DNA of 64,000 nucleotides, taken from a virus. The position numbers were made by a program, and so were the translations under genes. The notes under the pieces were generated by a model. That model did not search any database. It saw nothing but the letters and a program-made list of their open reading frames with translations, and was not told the DNA's origin. Below are positions 38,957 to 48,472 of the stretch, in pieces. The stretch spans positions 1-64,000 of the IMG/VR virus record IMGVR_UViG_3300032782_000006; one strand, 5' to 3'. The first letter of the stretch is position 1. Every line of letters starts with the position of its first letter.

Positions 38957-39604
38957 ATAAAAATTTATTGCGCAAGTGACTTACATATAGGGTTACCTCA
39001 CGCAAACTATCCGAAGATTCTAAACTTTTTTAAGAAAGCTCAGGAAGATGCCGATGAGGTAATACTGTGCGGCGACATATTTGATTTGTGGGTTTGTGAA
39101 GAAAGGGAGATTTTGACTAAAGAACCTATGAGAAGTTGTTATCACGAACTTGTAGAACTAGCATACAAGGTTCCAACTACCTTGATATGGGGAAATCATG
39201 ACTTTAATCTGAAACATGAACTAATAATCCCTGATGTAATACCAGTAAGTGACAGGTTTACAAAAGACAATATCCATTACTGTCACGGATGGAGATTTGA
39301 TGCGCAACAACGTTTTGCGTATCCATTATACCATTGTATTACAGAACTGTGCCCGAAATTGTATCATAAATATTATAGATTTAAAAACGATATCAATTGT
39401 GACCCTAACGAAGATTCGGAATGTTGGTTAAAAATATTGAACGAAGCTAGAAAACTAGTTGACAAAAAAAAGTTTAGATTATTAGTGATGGGGCATACTC
39501 ATACCCCTCACATTGATGATAAAGTTGCAAACTGTGGAGATATGGTGGAACATTCATCATATGTGATTATAGAAGATGGTGTTCCTAGATTAATGGAAGA
39601 TTAA
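38957..39604 (+). CDS. Calcineurin-like metallophosphoesterase (LpxH-like), probable ATA start
   Basis: SDLH, GDIFD, GNHD, HG and GHTH motifs. The first two lie upstream of the ORF-track start. Confidence 0.85.
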   Translation: MKIYCASDLHIGLPHANYPKILNFFKKAQEDADEVILCGDIFDLWVCEEREILTKEPMRSCYHELVELAYKVPTTLIWGNHDFNLKHELIIPDVIPVSDRFTKDNIHYCHGWRFDAQQRFAYPLYHCITELCPKLYHKYYRFKNDINCDPNEDSECWLKILNEARKLVDKKKFRLLVMGHTHTPHIDDKVANCGDMVEHSSYVIIEDGVPRLMED

Positions 39605-39828
39605 AAACAGACGTGATGCACCTCTAGGAGAAATCTAGAAACCTCGAGGTGCAAAACTGTAGACTATATAATGAGGTGAGTAATTAATACTAAATCATCA
39701 ATCTATAAATAATTTTTGATTTAGTCGCCCTTGGGAGTATATAAACCCTGACCTTAAAATTGTGAACAAGAAAAGGAGGGGGAAGTATTTAAAATTTGTT
39801 CTAGTGTGGGACTGTTTTTTATGAAGTT

Positions 39829-39863
39829 AATAGTCGGTAAAATGAAAGAGATTACCGACTATT
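39829..39863. terminator. Hairpin between convergent units
   Basis: AATAGTCGGTAA / TTACCGACTATT perfect stem. Confidence 0.55.
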
Positions 39864-40011
39864 AGAATCCAAATTGTTGACATAAGACCGAGCCTATGAG
39901 CATACATACCAAAGCAAAGAGTGGTAACATTACAATATCTTCAGAAAATATTTCAAAATGAGCCATGAGGAAAAAAAGAACTGTACCTATACAATAAATA
40001 TCAATCATCAT
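39862..40011 (-). CDS. Small hydrophobic membrane protein (~49 aa)
   Basis: MMIDIYCIGTVLFFLMAHF..LPLFALVCMLIGSVL, with GGAG RBS. Confidence 0.45.
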   Translation of the reverse strand: MMIDIYCIGTVLFFLMAHFEIFSEDIVMLPLFALVCMLIGSVLCQQFGF

Positions 40012-40056
40012 AAACAAAACTCCACACTAAAAAAGAAATGACAGAAAGTTCTGTCT

Positions 40057-40422
40057 TTAATAAACAGGAACAAACTGTCCAAACTGGTTAGGGCACATGT
40101 AAACGCCATTTACGTATTGGCAACTATACCCCATAGGAGCGTTAATAGGAGCATATGGATAATATCCACCGTTACCTATCCAGCCAGGACCATATCCTCC
40201 AGGACCAAACCTGCCAGGACCCCAGCCGCCAGGGCCAAAATGGCCAGGACCAATGTGAGGGCCAAATCCGCCGCCGCCAGGACCAATGTGAGGGCCAATA
40301 TGTGGACCTGGACCTGGAGCTTTCTCTTTTGCATGATGTTTATGAGAAGCAGCATTTACCGCTACTGCAGTCAATGAGACTACAAATAATATAGCTATCA
40401 AAATAGCAAGTATTTTTTTCAT
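40057..40422 (-). CDS. Secreted Gly-Pro-Gly repeat protein
   Basis: Signal peptide MKKILAILIAILFVVSLTAVAVNA followed by GPHI/GPGG[WRY] repeats. Confidence 0.75.
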   Translation of the reverse strand: MKKILAILIAILFVVSLTAVAVNAASHKHHAKEKAPGPGPHIGPHIGPGGGGFGPHIGPGHFGPGGWGPGRFGPGGYGPGWIGNGGYYPYAPINAPMGYSCQYVNGVYMCPNQFGQFVPVY

Positions 40423-40496
40423 AAAATATTCTCCGTTGTGAGTTGTATTTTTAAAAATATTTTTGAAAGATTTTGTAAACTTTCAACGTAAGATTG

Positions 40497-40710
40497 GAAA
40501 AGGATATCCCCCCTAGAAGAGAAGCAACAAACTCTTCTTGGTGAAGATGTGGGGGATATCCTGTGGGGTAGAGGTAAAGGTGAAATCCCTCGCCCCTTGC
40601 ATATTTGATACGGGATATGCGAGCCGTCGCAGAGGTGGGAGAAATGTAGAACCACCACTTTTGTCTATCGTGAGAAGTCATTTACTTTTCAGGATTTATT
40701 CTAAGGAAAA
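40497..40710 (-). ncRNA. Candidate sRNA with C-rich segments and long terminal stem
   Basis: TATA near 40740 and an AGGATATCCCCC/GGGGGATATCCT stem followed by a T run. Confidence 0.35.
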
Positions 40711-40752
40711 TCCAAACAAATATTTGATGTGAGTCTATATAAATATTTTGGA

Positions 40753-41535
40753 TTAGAACCCTGTTTCTTGTTGGACAACCCAGAAATCTGTAGAGAGTTT
40801 TGTGCTTGCTAAATACTGATATGGGAGTGTAAAGTAACCTTTCATACCCCAACCAGTACCCCAAGAGTTTCGTACAATAAATACTCCTTTAGAATCATCG
40901 TATCCTACACAGCAGACGGCATGACCACCGAGCAATTGTTCATGAGATTTTGGCATCGGGACGATACCAGTTTGTTCTACCTGAGTAGTTTCAAAACTAG
41001 AATAAACAGAGAAACCAAACACGAACGGGAGTCCAGATGCTAAACAGTTTTTCATACTGTTAAGATCGTTCTGGTTATGGAACGAAGAGATTCTATAATA
41101 ATTTGTTAATTTGTGGTTAACAGCATCAGAATAAGCATTGGATGGAGGTTTTGTAAATACTTTGGATTCATCATACGGCCAAAGAATCTCATTACAAACA
41201 CCCTGAGACATTAAACATTTAATACCGTCTCGAAGTGAAGCTCCCGAATCCGAGTTTGTAGAATGTTCAAGAGCGCGTTCATTGTAGTAAATAAATAGTC
41301 TACTAACAGTCTCATAATTTGGATCTTTGTCTTTAAGTTCCAAAAACTGAATTGCACCAGAAAGAGCATGAGCAGTACAACTTCCCAATTTTCCTTGATC
41401 TTCAATTGGGGAATCTGAAGGCCGGAGATCTACTGCCGGTGGCAATGGACCAGTAAATATTTTACAATAAGTGAAATCTCTACTATCTAAGTTATCTCTT
41501 CGCCAGCCATACCTGCGTTCATTTTGACATGTCAT
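40753..41535 (-). CDS. Papain-family C1A cysteine peptidase
   Basis: DQGKLGSCTAHA, GGHAV and VRNSWG catalytic motifs. Confidence 0.93.
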   Translation of the reverse strand: MTCQNERRYGWRRDNLDSRDFTYCKIFTGPLPPAVDLRPSDSPIEDQGKLGSCTAHALSGAIQFLELKDKDPNYETVSRLFIYYNERALEHSTNSDSGASLRDGIKCLMSQGVCNEILWPYDESKVFTKPPSNAYSDAVNHKLTNYYRISSFHNQNDLNSMKNCLASGLPFVFGFSVYSSFETTQVEQTGIVPMPKSHEQLLGGHAVCCVGYDDSKGVFIVRNSWGTGWGMKGYFTLPYQYLASTKLSTDFWVVQQETGF

Positions 41536-41627
41536 TTAAAAATCACAGAGAAAGTGACGACTTAGACTTATTTATTACTTTCTCTAAATATTCATATAAA
41601 TTTAGGGATTTCTTTTGTAATTTATAT

Positions 41628-41843
41628 CTAATCACGTGTGGGTATTATGAGAGGCTCTAAGAGGCCGTCTAACAGGCGAGGGTATTCTCTCAGGAGTATA
41701 CCTATTACCTCGTCCCTATTATACGAATAGTGAGCCTCTAATGAGTCCAAACAAATATTCATCATGTACCGAGCTTCGTCGGGATCTCTATAATTCCGCA
41801 ATACAGGGAGTAATCGGTCTGCCACTTCTCTAGATTCAACCAT
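41628..41843 (-). CDS. Hypothetical protein
   Basis: GGTGA RBS and upstream TATA. Confidence 0.6.
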   Translation of the reverse strand: MVESREVADRLLPVLRNYRDPDEARYMMNICLDSLEAHYSYNRDEVIGILLREYPRLLDGLLEPLIIPTRD

Positions 41844-41989
41844 TATTTATCACCGACTATTTAGAATATGGCAAAGTATATATTAGTTTTGAAATTATAT
41901 GATTATATGAGAGGTATAACATTTTAAATATTCACTTTATAGTTGTAAAAAAAACAAATTAATAAAGATTATATAGTATAAAGATAATT

Positions 41990-42277
41990 ACTGTATTGTA
42001 CCTCCTTGGATTTCGACGAAAGACTATACAGTTTAGGGAGAGTTTGGCTTTGCTCACTTCCACAAACTCTCTCTAAGAAACCTTTAAATCTTGTAAAGTC
42101 GTTTATGTCTATGCTGTAAATCCAAAAAATTTACCCTCCCTTAGACTAGTGCTCTCACGGGGGGTCACTAGTCCCAATTTTAAGATGAGATCAAAATAGT
42201 GGGTGTATTTTATCAATAATATTGGTCTGGAGTAGGAATGTTGCCCCTATTCCAGATCTGGAATTCAACTCTTTTTT
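41990..42277 (+). ncRNA. Candidate structured RNA (element A)
   Basis: TATA at ~41968, TTGGATTT/AAATCCAA closing stem, three further hairpins, T-tract end. Confidence 0.4.
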
Positions 42278-42292
42278 AGAATAATTTTAGAA

Positions 42293-42512
42293 TTCTCCTT
42301 AGGAAGGAGACATACATATCCATTTCCTAAGGAACTCAAAAATCTTATTGTATACTCAATACAATATTAATTAGGTGTTTATTTATATGATTAGTCCCAT
42401 AACACAACAACATGGCTTTTATATAATAAAGTCAAAACTGACTTTTACTTTTAGATCTTGAAAAATCAAGTTCCTTGTGAAATGGATATATATGTCCACT
42501 TCCTAAGGAGAA
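42293..42512. repeat. 44-bp imperfect inverted repeats, each internally palindromic
   Basis: 42293-42336 matches the reverse complement of 42469-42512 at 39/44 positions. A related site lies at 52659-52705. Confidence 0.8.
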
Positions 42513-42516
42513 AATG

Positions 42517-42879
42517 TTAGTATCTTCGTTTTCTAATGTTTTTTATCCTATGAGTTGGACTTTTAACAGTCTTTTTAGAAGAATCTTCGGAAAGATCGTC
42601 TATTCTTTCGGAAAGAATACGATATTGTTCTAATAATGAGAAATTGTTAGGGTCAAAATCTTTATAATTGAGACCAATAAACTGTTCGATGGTGTTTAAT
42701 CGTTCAGAAATGGTTTTTCCTTGTTTTGGATTGTAACAAGACGGGATAAAACCTATGTATTCTGAAGATTCTTCTCTTGAAGGGGGAGGACAATAGTGTT
42801 GGGAAGAGATTATTCGCATGATATAGTCTAAATCCATACTATCATCATCAGGAATCCTAATAAATCCACGTTTGACCAT
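42517..42879 (-). CDS. Hypothetical protein
   Basis: 120-aa ORF following 42897-44009. Confidence 0.6.
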   Translation of the reverse strand: MVKRGFIRIPDDDSMDLDYIMRIISSQHYCPPPSREESSEYIGFIPSCYNPKQGKTISERLNTIEQFIGLNYKDFDPNNFSLLEQYRILSERIDDLSEDSSKKTVKSPTHRIKNIRKRRY

Positions 42880-42896
42880 GACATCATTTCCTAAAA

Positions 42897-44009
42897 TTAT
42901 TGTTGAGCATAATTTATGACTTTGCTATTTGCATATTCTTCACATAACATTTGATACGCTACGTAATGAATCAGGTTTTCTTCGTCACAAAACTTTTCAA
43001 TGTCTTTAAGTAATTGAGGAGCTTGGGATATAAATGCTGAGGTTTGACGAACCATGTTCACAAAGATCCGCTCGTTTGCGGTAACTGTATCGTTTAGGTT
43101 ATCTATTCCATAAAAGAGGTCAAATAAAATGAACGGAGCTTTGAAATATATATATTCAGCGTGTTTTGTCATTTTTTGGAGGGAGGGGAATAGAGTTTCC
43201 GGTGCATGAGTGGTGATGTGAGATACAAACGTCGATTTTATATGAGAAACTGCGTCTGGAATCACGATTTCTAAGTTATAATCCGAGTTGAGTTTATCAA
43301 CAATACGGGAAGAGATTGTCGACAATATCGAATTTATAATATCCATTTGAGAAATTTCAGTGTTACCAGACGGAGATATCTGTTTTAAAAGCTCAATAAA
43401 AGCTGTGTATGAGATATCACATTCTACGGTTTGGTTGAGGGGTTTGGGGATGTAGATATAAGTGTCACCGTGTTTTTCAGTAATGAGTTTCATAAAAGAT
43501 TTGTACAGATCTTTACTGTGAGTGGTGAAGTTTATGGATTCCGAAAGACCAGGCCCGTTGACAAAATATTGGTATCCTCGACTAATAATGTCGGTATAGG
43601 GGTATCGGATATTGTAATCAAATGCCGCTTCCGATAAAAAGAGTTGCATCATGTATGCTGTGTGGAACAGTTTGAATTTAGGGTTTATAAAAGGGAGTCG
43701 GTTGATAGTGACTAGTTCTATCGCTTTTTTAAATTGGTTTAGTTTTAAAGACGGGACTTTGGTGTGAATGTTTGTAATTGTTTCAAAAGTGAAGATACCG
43801 TATTGGTCTGGCTCTGCATATTCTATTAGGTGGTCATTGCTCAAATCATTTAAAGAGTCGTAGATGTCTTTTGTAGGAGTGTCTGGGAATTTTGATATGA
43901 CGTGATCGACAATTTTAGAGTCGGCAGTCCAGTCTCGTTGAGTTAAGAGAAACTCGATGATAGAAAACTCTTCAGGGAACATTGAGGGGGAATCTATTGT
44001 CAATTCCAT
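42897..44009 (-). CDS. Hypothetical protein, possible N-terminal winged helix
   Basis: 370-aa ORF with KDIYDSLNDLSNDHLIEY. Confidence 0.7.
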   Translation of the reverse strand: MELTIDSPSMFPEEFSIIEFLLTQRDWTADSKIVDHVISKFPDTPTKDIYDSLNDLSNDHLIEYAEPDQYGIFTFETITNIHTKVPSLKLNQFKKAIELVTINRLPFINPKFKLFHTAYMMQLFLSEAAFDYNIRYPYTDIISRGYQYFVNGPGLSESINFTTHSKDLYKSFMKLITEKHGDTYIYIPKPLNQTVECDISYTAFIELLKQISPSGNTEISQMDIINSILSTISSRIVDKLNSDYNLEIVIPDAVSHIKSTFVSHITTHAPETLFPSLQKMTKHAEYIYFKAPFILFDLFYGIDNLNDTVTANERIFVNMVRQTSAFISQAPQLLKDIEKFCDEENLIHYVAYQMLCEEYANSKVINYAQQ

Positions 44010-44057
44010 AGAGAGTTAGAGGTATACAGTAGATAAATATTTATCCTTGAACATCCT

Positions 44058-44153
44058 ATACTATTTGCTGCTGAATATCAGAGCTTCCACACACACTCTC
44101 CCCGATGTTGCCCCCCAACATCGGGATCCACTCCCTTTCTGCAGCATAGTGTA
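44058..44153 (+). ncRNA. Candidate sRNA between divergent genes (strand uncertain)
   Basis: Perfect CCCGATGTTG/CAACATCGGG hairpin inside a TGCTGC/GCAGCA stem. Confidence 0.4.
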
Positions 44154-44307
44154 AACTAGTATCGATTATATTTACTTCAAAGACATATTATTTGTTTTGT
44201 TCATTTAGTTATTACTCCAATTTATTTTTTTCAGGTGAATTTGCGGGACATTGTTTATTCAATAATTGTCCGAAAAGTATATATAATTTAAAGACTTATT
44301 AGAGAAT

Positions 44308-44781
44308 ATGATATTAACTGAGCGAGGGCGACCAAGTAGATCAGTGTCGTGGGATAGACAAATACCGATAAGTCTATTTATAAATCCCAAGACTGATCAC
44401 ATATTTAAGGGGACTACTGACGAAAAGGGGAACTTGAATATTCATACTACTAAATGGTCTTTTCATAAATGTACTGTGATTGAGGGGGATTACAATCCAT
44501 ATCAAAATCAAATTACTGTGCCTGTAGATTGTACTGTTTGGACAGCGAGAGTTGGGAATAAGAGTATGATTTCATCTCTCAAAAAAGGGAATACTAAAAT
44601 GACAGTAATTGTTCATGAAAACAAAGTGGATTTTTATGAAAAATTCTTTAATAATTCACTGACGAGATTGGATGAAATTGTACTGCGTAAAAATCCAGCG
44701 GAGGCATGGAAGGCAATTGAAGCAGAGAAAGTGAGGAAGTTTATGAAAGAATTGAGAGAGACGTCTGAACAAACAAATTAA
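44308..44781 (+). CDS. Hypothetical protein, probably leaderless
   Basis: ATG about 25 nt after a consensus promoter TATA (44268-44295). Confidence 0.7.
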   Translation: MILTERGRPSRSVSWDRQIPISLFINPKTDHIFKGTTDEKGNLNIHTTKWSFHKCTVIEGDYNPYQNQITVPVDCTVWTARVGNKSMISSLKKGNTKMTVIVHENKVDFYEKFFNNSLTRLDEIVLRKNPAEAWKAIEAEKVRKFMKELRETSEQTN

Positions 44782-44891
44782 ATATTTATATAGTTTGCAG
44801 ATATTCTATATAATTGAGATAGAGACTAAGTAAATATTAGATAGAAGTAGTATACTGAACTGTGAATAAAATTAAGTAGGAGTTAACAATT

Positions 44892-45242
44892 GTGAAGAAG
44901 ATAACGGATCGGTATATAAAAATTCTGAATCGGCAAGAACAAGATTTGTTGAAGTTGATGAAACGGGAAGATAAGGTGTTGAAGAAGTATAACGGAGATT
45001 TTGATTTTATATATGGGTATGAAGTTTATGGAGTGAGCGAAGACGGGAGGTTGATGATACGGCACCCAGATCAAGGGTATATGTTGATCGAAGAGAAAGT
45101 GTGGGTACGGATGATACTGTATGAGTATGCTGCGTATTTTAGAGATGAAGACGAGGCGAGAGAGATGTTGACGAGGATACCAGTGCTTAATAAATATGTG
45201 GATACCGAAATGGCATACCTATTTCCAGGAGAGTATGCATGA
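44892..45242 (+). CDS. Hypothetical protein, paralog of 55698-56003
   Basis: YEVYGVSEDGRLMI..GYML.EEKVWV vs YQVYGFSSDNRLLL..GWFLGEAKSWV. Confidence 0.7.
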   Translation: MKKITDRYIKILNRQEQDLLKLMKREDKVLKKYNGDFDFIYGYEVYGVSEDGRLMIRHPDQGYMLIEEKVWVRMILYEYAAYFRDEDEAREMLTRIPVLNKYVDTEMAYLFPGEYA

Positions 45243-45502
45243 AAAATTATATGACGGCTATTTATAGTGATTCTGAAATGACAAAAGAAGCGTGGTTGGA
45301 AAAAAGTGGAGATAAACTTAAACAAAAAGTGATGAGTAAACAAAAACAGTATGGGGCGGATGGAGCGCAACTTATACTCAAAATGCCGAGACAAGAACTG
45401 TTTTACCAGAAGATAAGAGAACCACAACCTGAACCCAACCCAGGAGAGATTGTGGGGCAGGGAACTGCAAAAGCTCAACTCACCCTAATTAGTGATCCGT
45501 AA
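45239..45502 (+). CDS. Hypothetical protein
   Basis: ATGA overlap and GGAG RBS. Confidence 0.65.
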   Translation: MKNYMTAIYSDSEMTKEAWLEKSGDKLKQKVMSKQKQYGADGAQLILKMPRQELFYQKIREPQPEPNPGEIVGQGTAKAQLTLISDP

Positions 45503-45574
45503 AGTATAAATATTTTTCGGAATGTAATAGTTTGGAAAAAAATCGGAAGATGTTTATATATAGAGATCATTGGG

Positions 45575-45743
45575 GAGTAGTGACAGGGAATCCCTGTTGG
45601 ATTTTGGATGAAAAGATATCTATACCGCCGTTGATGGGTTGTTGGCACAGCCCGTCGAGGGAAAACTCATCAAAGTATATTTAAGTCGGTCAGAAATTTT
45701 GGCAGGTGTAAAAGCCTGTCAAATACTGCTATATCTTTTTTTT
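45575..45743 (+). ncRNA. Candidate ncRNA (element B), homologous to element C
   Basis: Own TATA (GGAAGATGTTTATATA), GGATTTTG..GAAA, GATGGGTTGTTG hairpin, terminal hairpin plus T tract. Confidence 0.55.
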
Positions 45744-46258
45744 ATAAATAAATGTGTCCGGAAAGTTTATATATTTTACAGATATTAAAGAAATATCTTG
45801 TAGGTAGCCCGCGCCAGGAATTTTCGGAAACGTGATCTTTTGAAAAACCGCGCTGAGAGAAAAAATAAAAAATCTTTCTTTTTGAGAATCTGCCGCGATC
45901 TCTGAAAAAAAGATTTAGCTGCCCGAATCTGCGCGGATTTCAGCGGCTCCGAAATTTATTTCCAGCGCTGGGCTTTGACGCGGGAAATCTGAGAACCCGG
46001 CCGCGAGCGCGCTAGGAGAATCCCCCAAATCTCGAGGATCCAATTCCTAATTCCTATTTTGAAAATGCTAAATCTTGCCGCAACTTTTATTTTCTACTCG
46101 GCTTCTCGATTCCGGAGGCGGGTTCGGCGCGCTCAGAGACAATTCCTTTTTTTTGATTTTAAAAATTGCGGCAAAATACAGATTTTAAAAAAGTTGCCTT
46201 AAGATTCGGAAAAAGAGCAATCGTTGAAAATTAGGAAAAAGATTAGAAAAAAGTTAGA

Positions 46259-46339
46259 TTATCGTCGGGGATGCCGGCGATGACCACGATGTCCGTGCCG
46301 AAATAATCTAAAGATATGCCAGAGATGAAGCAATCCCAT
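46259..46339 (-). CDS. His/Arg-rich micro-peptide (26 aa)
   Basis: MGLLHLWHIFRLFRHGHRGHRRHPRR, with GGAG upstream. Confidence 0.4.
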   Translation of the reverse strand: MGLLHLWHIFRLFRHGHRGHRRHPRR

Positions 46340-46344
46340 TTAGA

Positions 46345-46536
46345 TCATCTCCAGCGGTGATTAGGCCCGTATGAGGAATGATGCCAGCCCGAGAACGAAT
46401 GATAACCGGAATGATGATGATAACTCCCGAAATGATGCCCCCAATCTGCGAACATGAAATAATGAGAGATATCGATATGCATTACCGCGTCAAACACGCT
46501 CATCACAGAAAAAAGGAAAGAGTGGGGATCGATCAT
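46345..46536 (-). CDS. Small His-rich protein
   Basis: WGHHFGSYHHHSGYHSFSGWHH, GGAG RBS, ATG overlapping the upstream stop. Confidence 0.5.
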   Translation of the reverse strand: MIDPHSFLFSVMSVFDAVMHIDISHYFMFADWGHHFGSYHHHSGYHSFSGWHHSSYGPNHRWR

Positions 46537-46727
46537 ACGAAACTCTCCCAGGCGCCGTTTATGCATTGTCCGACTTGAATTAGTTCGCAGTGCGCGGTAT
46601 GATTTATCATATCAGGAACGCAAGTCCCGAGCGTGAAAACATTTTTCCCGAAAACGAGAAGCGGGGAATTTATACTGCAAGAGAGTATGTCCAACAATTG
46701 ATTCAAGTTTGCTATGTGTTCTATCAT
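46533..46727 (-). CDS. Hypothetical early protein
   Basis: GGAGAAC RBS behind the consensus promoter. Confidence 0.6.
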   Translation of the reverse strand: MIEHIANLNQLLDILSCSINSPLLVFGKNVFTLGTCVPDMINHTAHCELIQVGQCINGAWESFV

Positions 46728-46792
46728 TTTATTGTTCTCCTTATTTTCTTTTTGTCAGCGCAGGTTTCCTTATTCTTCCTGCAATACCTATA

Positions 46793-46821
46793 ATGTCCGT
46801 AAAATATATAAACTTTTCGGA
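46793..46821 (-). promoter_or_regulatory. Consensus viral promoter TCCGAAAAGTTTATATATTTTRCRGACA (BRE+TATA)
   Basis: One of about 11 copies. Confidence 0.85.
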
Positions 46822-47622
46822 TAAGCGAGCTTGAGGAGACAAAACGTTTGGAGAGAATCTGAAAAAAGATCTAAAAACAGAAATCTAAAAAAGAGAAGAC
46901 CGGAGCAGACGGTCTCGCATCCGCCTCTCTCGGTCTTACCCTGCTTGATAGCACATAGAGTGTGTATCTACTAATATATCCTTGACCGAGCCGTTACTAG
47001 GGTGTGAGAGAATAAAAACCTAGCGACTCGTCTACGCAAATTACCTTTGTCACTGTCGCAGATGTTACTAAATGGCGTTTACGGAATGGGTCCGCCCGTT
47101 TAAAAAACGATTTCACCGATTCATTTTTTCGTTGCCGCAACTCTGCGTTGCAGATCAGGCACCTAATCACAATCCGACCAAAGACGCTAATGCCCATGTA
47201 TAAGACATAAGCCCCCATCTTATAAAGACCCTAACTCTACAACATCTCAAACCGCGCACCCTTTGGCATCTGATTGCGGCGACTCGAACGGAACGCACTA
47301 ACCGGCTTCCGAGGGCGAGGAGGCGGGCAGGGAGGCCGGAGGCGAGAGAGACAGAGAGGATGCCAATGAGACATGCCCTACTGTCCTGCCCTACTATCCT
47401 ATCCTGTCTATCCTATCTCATATACCCTATGCGCACATAGCAATGAGTCAGGGCATATATCTCCCCTTTATAGGGCACATCATATTACATCTCAGCCCAG
47501 ATTCGGATAGGAGATATGATCTGTATAATTTATTTCGCGGCCCGATCAGATGCGGCAACTCAAAGACCGGCAATAGGAATCCGATTAACCAACCCTACAT
47601 ATCAGAGGGCATGCAATCTAAA

Positions 47623-47657
47623 CGGATCCCCTATAGGATCCCCTATAGGATCCCCTC
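47623..47657. repeat. Tandem GGATCCCCTATA repeats
   Basis: About 3 copies, 12-nt period. Confidence 0.8.
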
Positions 47658-47847
47658 ATCGCCCTAGAATGCCCTAACCAATCGAGTTAGAAAATAGTAT
47701 CTATTAATCGTCTCCCTTTTAGATAAATCACTATTTAAAAAATAATTAGGGGAACAATCTCACTATTTTTTAGGGTTTAATCGCGGCCAAAAAGTTAAAT
47801 AGTTGCCAATAATTCCCTAATTTTTTTGTAGTAGTATTCCTCCCTGA

Positions 47848-47890
47848 GAGCTATAGGCTTCTATAGGAGCCTATAAGAGCCTATAGGAGC
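47848..47890. repeat. Four 10-bp CTATAGGAGC-type tandem repeats
   Basis: ctataggctt ctataggagc ctataagagc ctataggagc. Confidence 0.85.
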
Positions 47891-48130
47891 ATGACACAGC
47901 ATAGCATGGAGGGACTATGGCAGGGACAGGGACGCGGCATATGGCAGGACAGGGAGACGGGAGACAGGGCAGCTGAAAGCGCAGGGAGCACACGCGTTGA
48001 AAAAGTGGGAAACTCGAGGCGATAAAAAAGCTGGCGATTTGGAAAAGGAGGGATATCAAAAACAGAGTGGTTAAAAAAGAGTGGGAGTAACCCACTGAGT
48101 AAAGCGTCTAATACTGCAAGAACATAACCT

Positions 48131-48376
48131 TTAGCAGCATCTCTCAAATACTGGATCTTCGCATTCCCAGAGCTGTCCTGGGTAGAGTGGTGGCCTGTAT
48201 ATTCCAGTTTCCGTCACTGTCAAGTCGTATATATCGTTTATACCCTCAAACTCTTCTAACGCACCTGCGAGTGACCAACAATCTCCATCTTCATCCCTCA
48301 TCCAGACCGCACTTGCTGGTTTTGGTATTAGGCTATGCAATTTTAACAGCGCTTGTGTAATTGTCATTTCAGTCAT
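48131..48376 (-). CDS. Hypothetical early protein
   Basis: GAGGAG RBS and promoter at 48403-48431. Confidence 0.7.
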   Translation of the reverse strand: MTEMTITQALLKLHSLIPKPASAVWMRDEDGDCWSLAGALEEFEGINDIYDLTVTETGIYRPPLYPGQLWECEDPVFERCC

Positions 48377-48402
48377 TTGTCAGTTCTCCTCTAATACATA
48401 CT

Positions 48403-48431
48403 ATGTCTGTAAAATATATAAACTTTGCGGA
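48403..48431 (-). promoter_or_regulatory. Consensus viral promoter
   Basis: TCCGCAAAGTTTATATATTTTACAGACAT. Confidence 0.85.
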
Positions 48432-48472
48432 TAAAGGATGTGAGCGGTTTGGCTCACACAGGGAATATCTAT

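Noticed and set aside
42897-44009. 370-aa ORF as an integrase next to the inverted repeats
   Set aside because: No R-H-R-Y or serine recombinase catalytic motifs are recognisable
45660-45695. TGATGAG on the minus strand as a hammerhead core or box C
   Set aside because: It lacks the CUGAUGA..GAAA arrangement, and G-U pairing favours the plus strand
47270-47310. GTTCGAGTC T-loop-like motif on the minus strand
   Set aside because: I could not build an acceptor stem, D arm or anticodon arm, so it is not called a tRNA
47623-47890. Short tandem repeats as a CRISPR or mini-array
   Set aside because: Units are 10-12 bp with no unique spacers, and there are no cas genes
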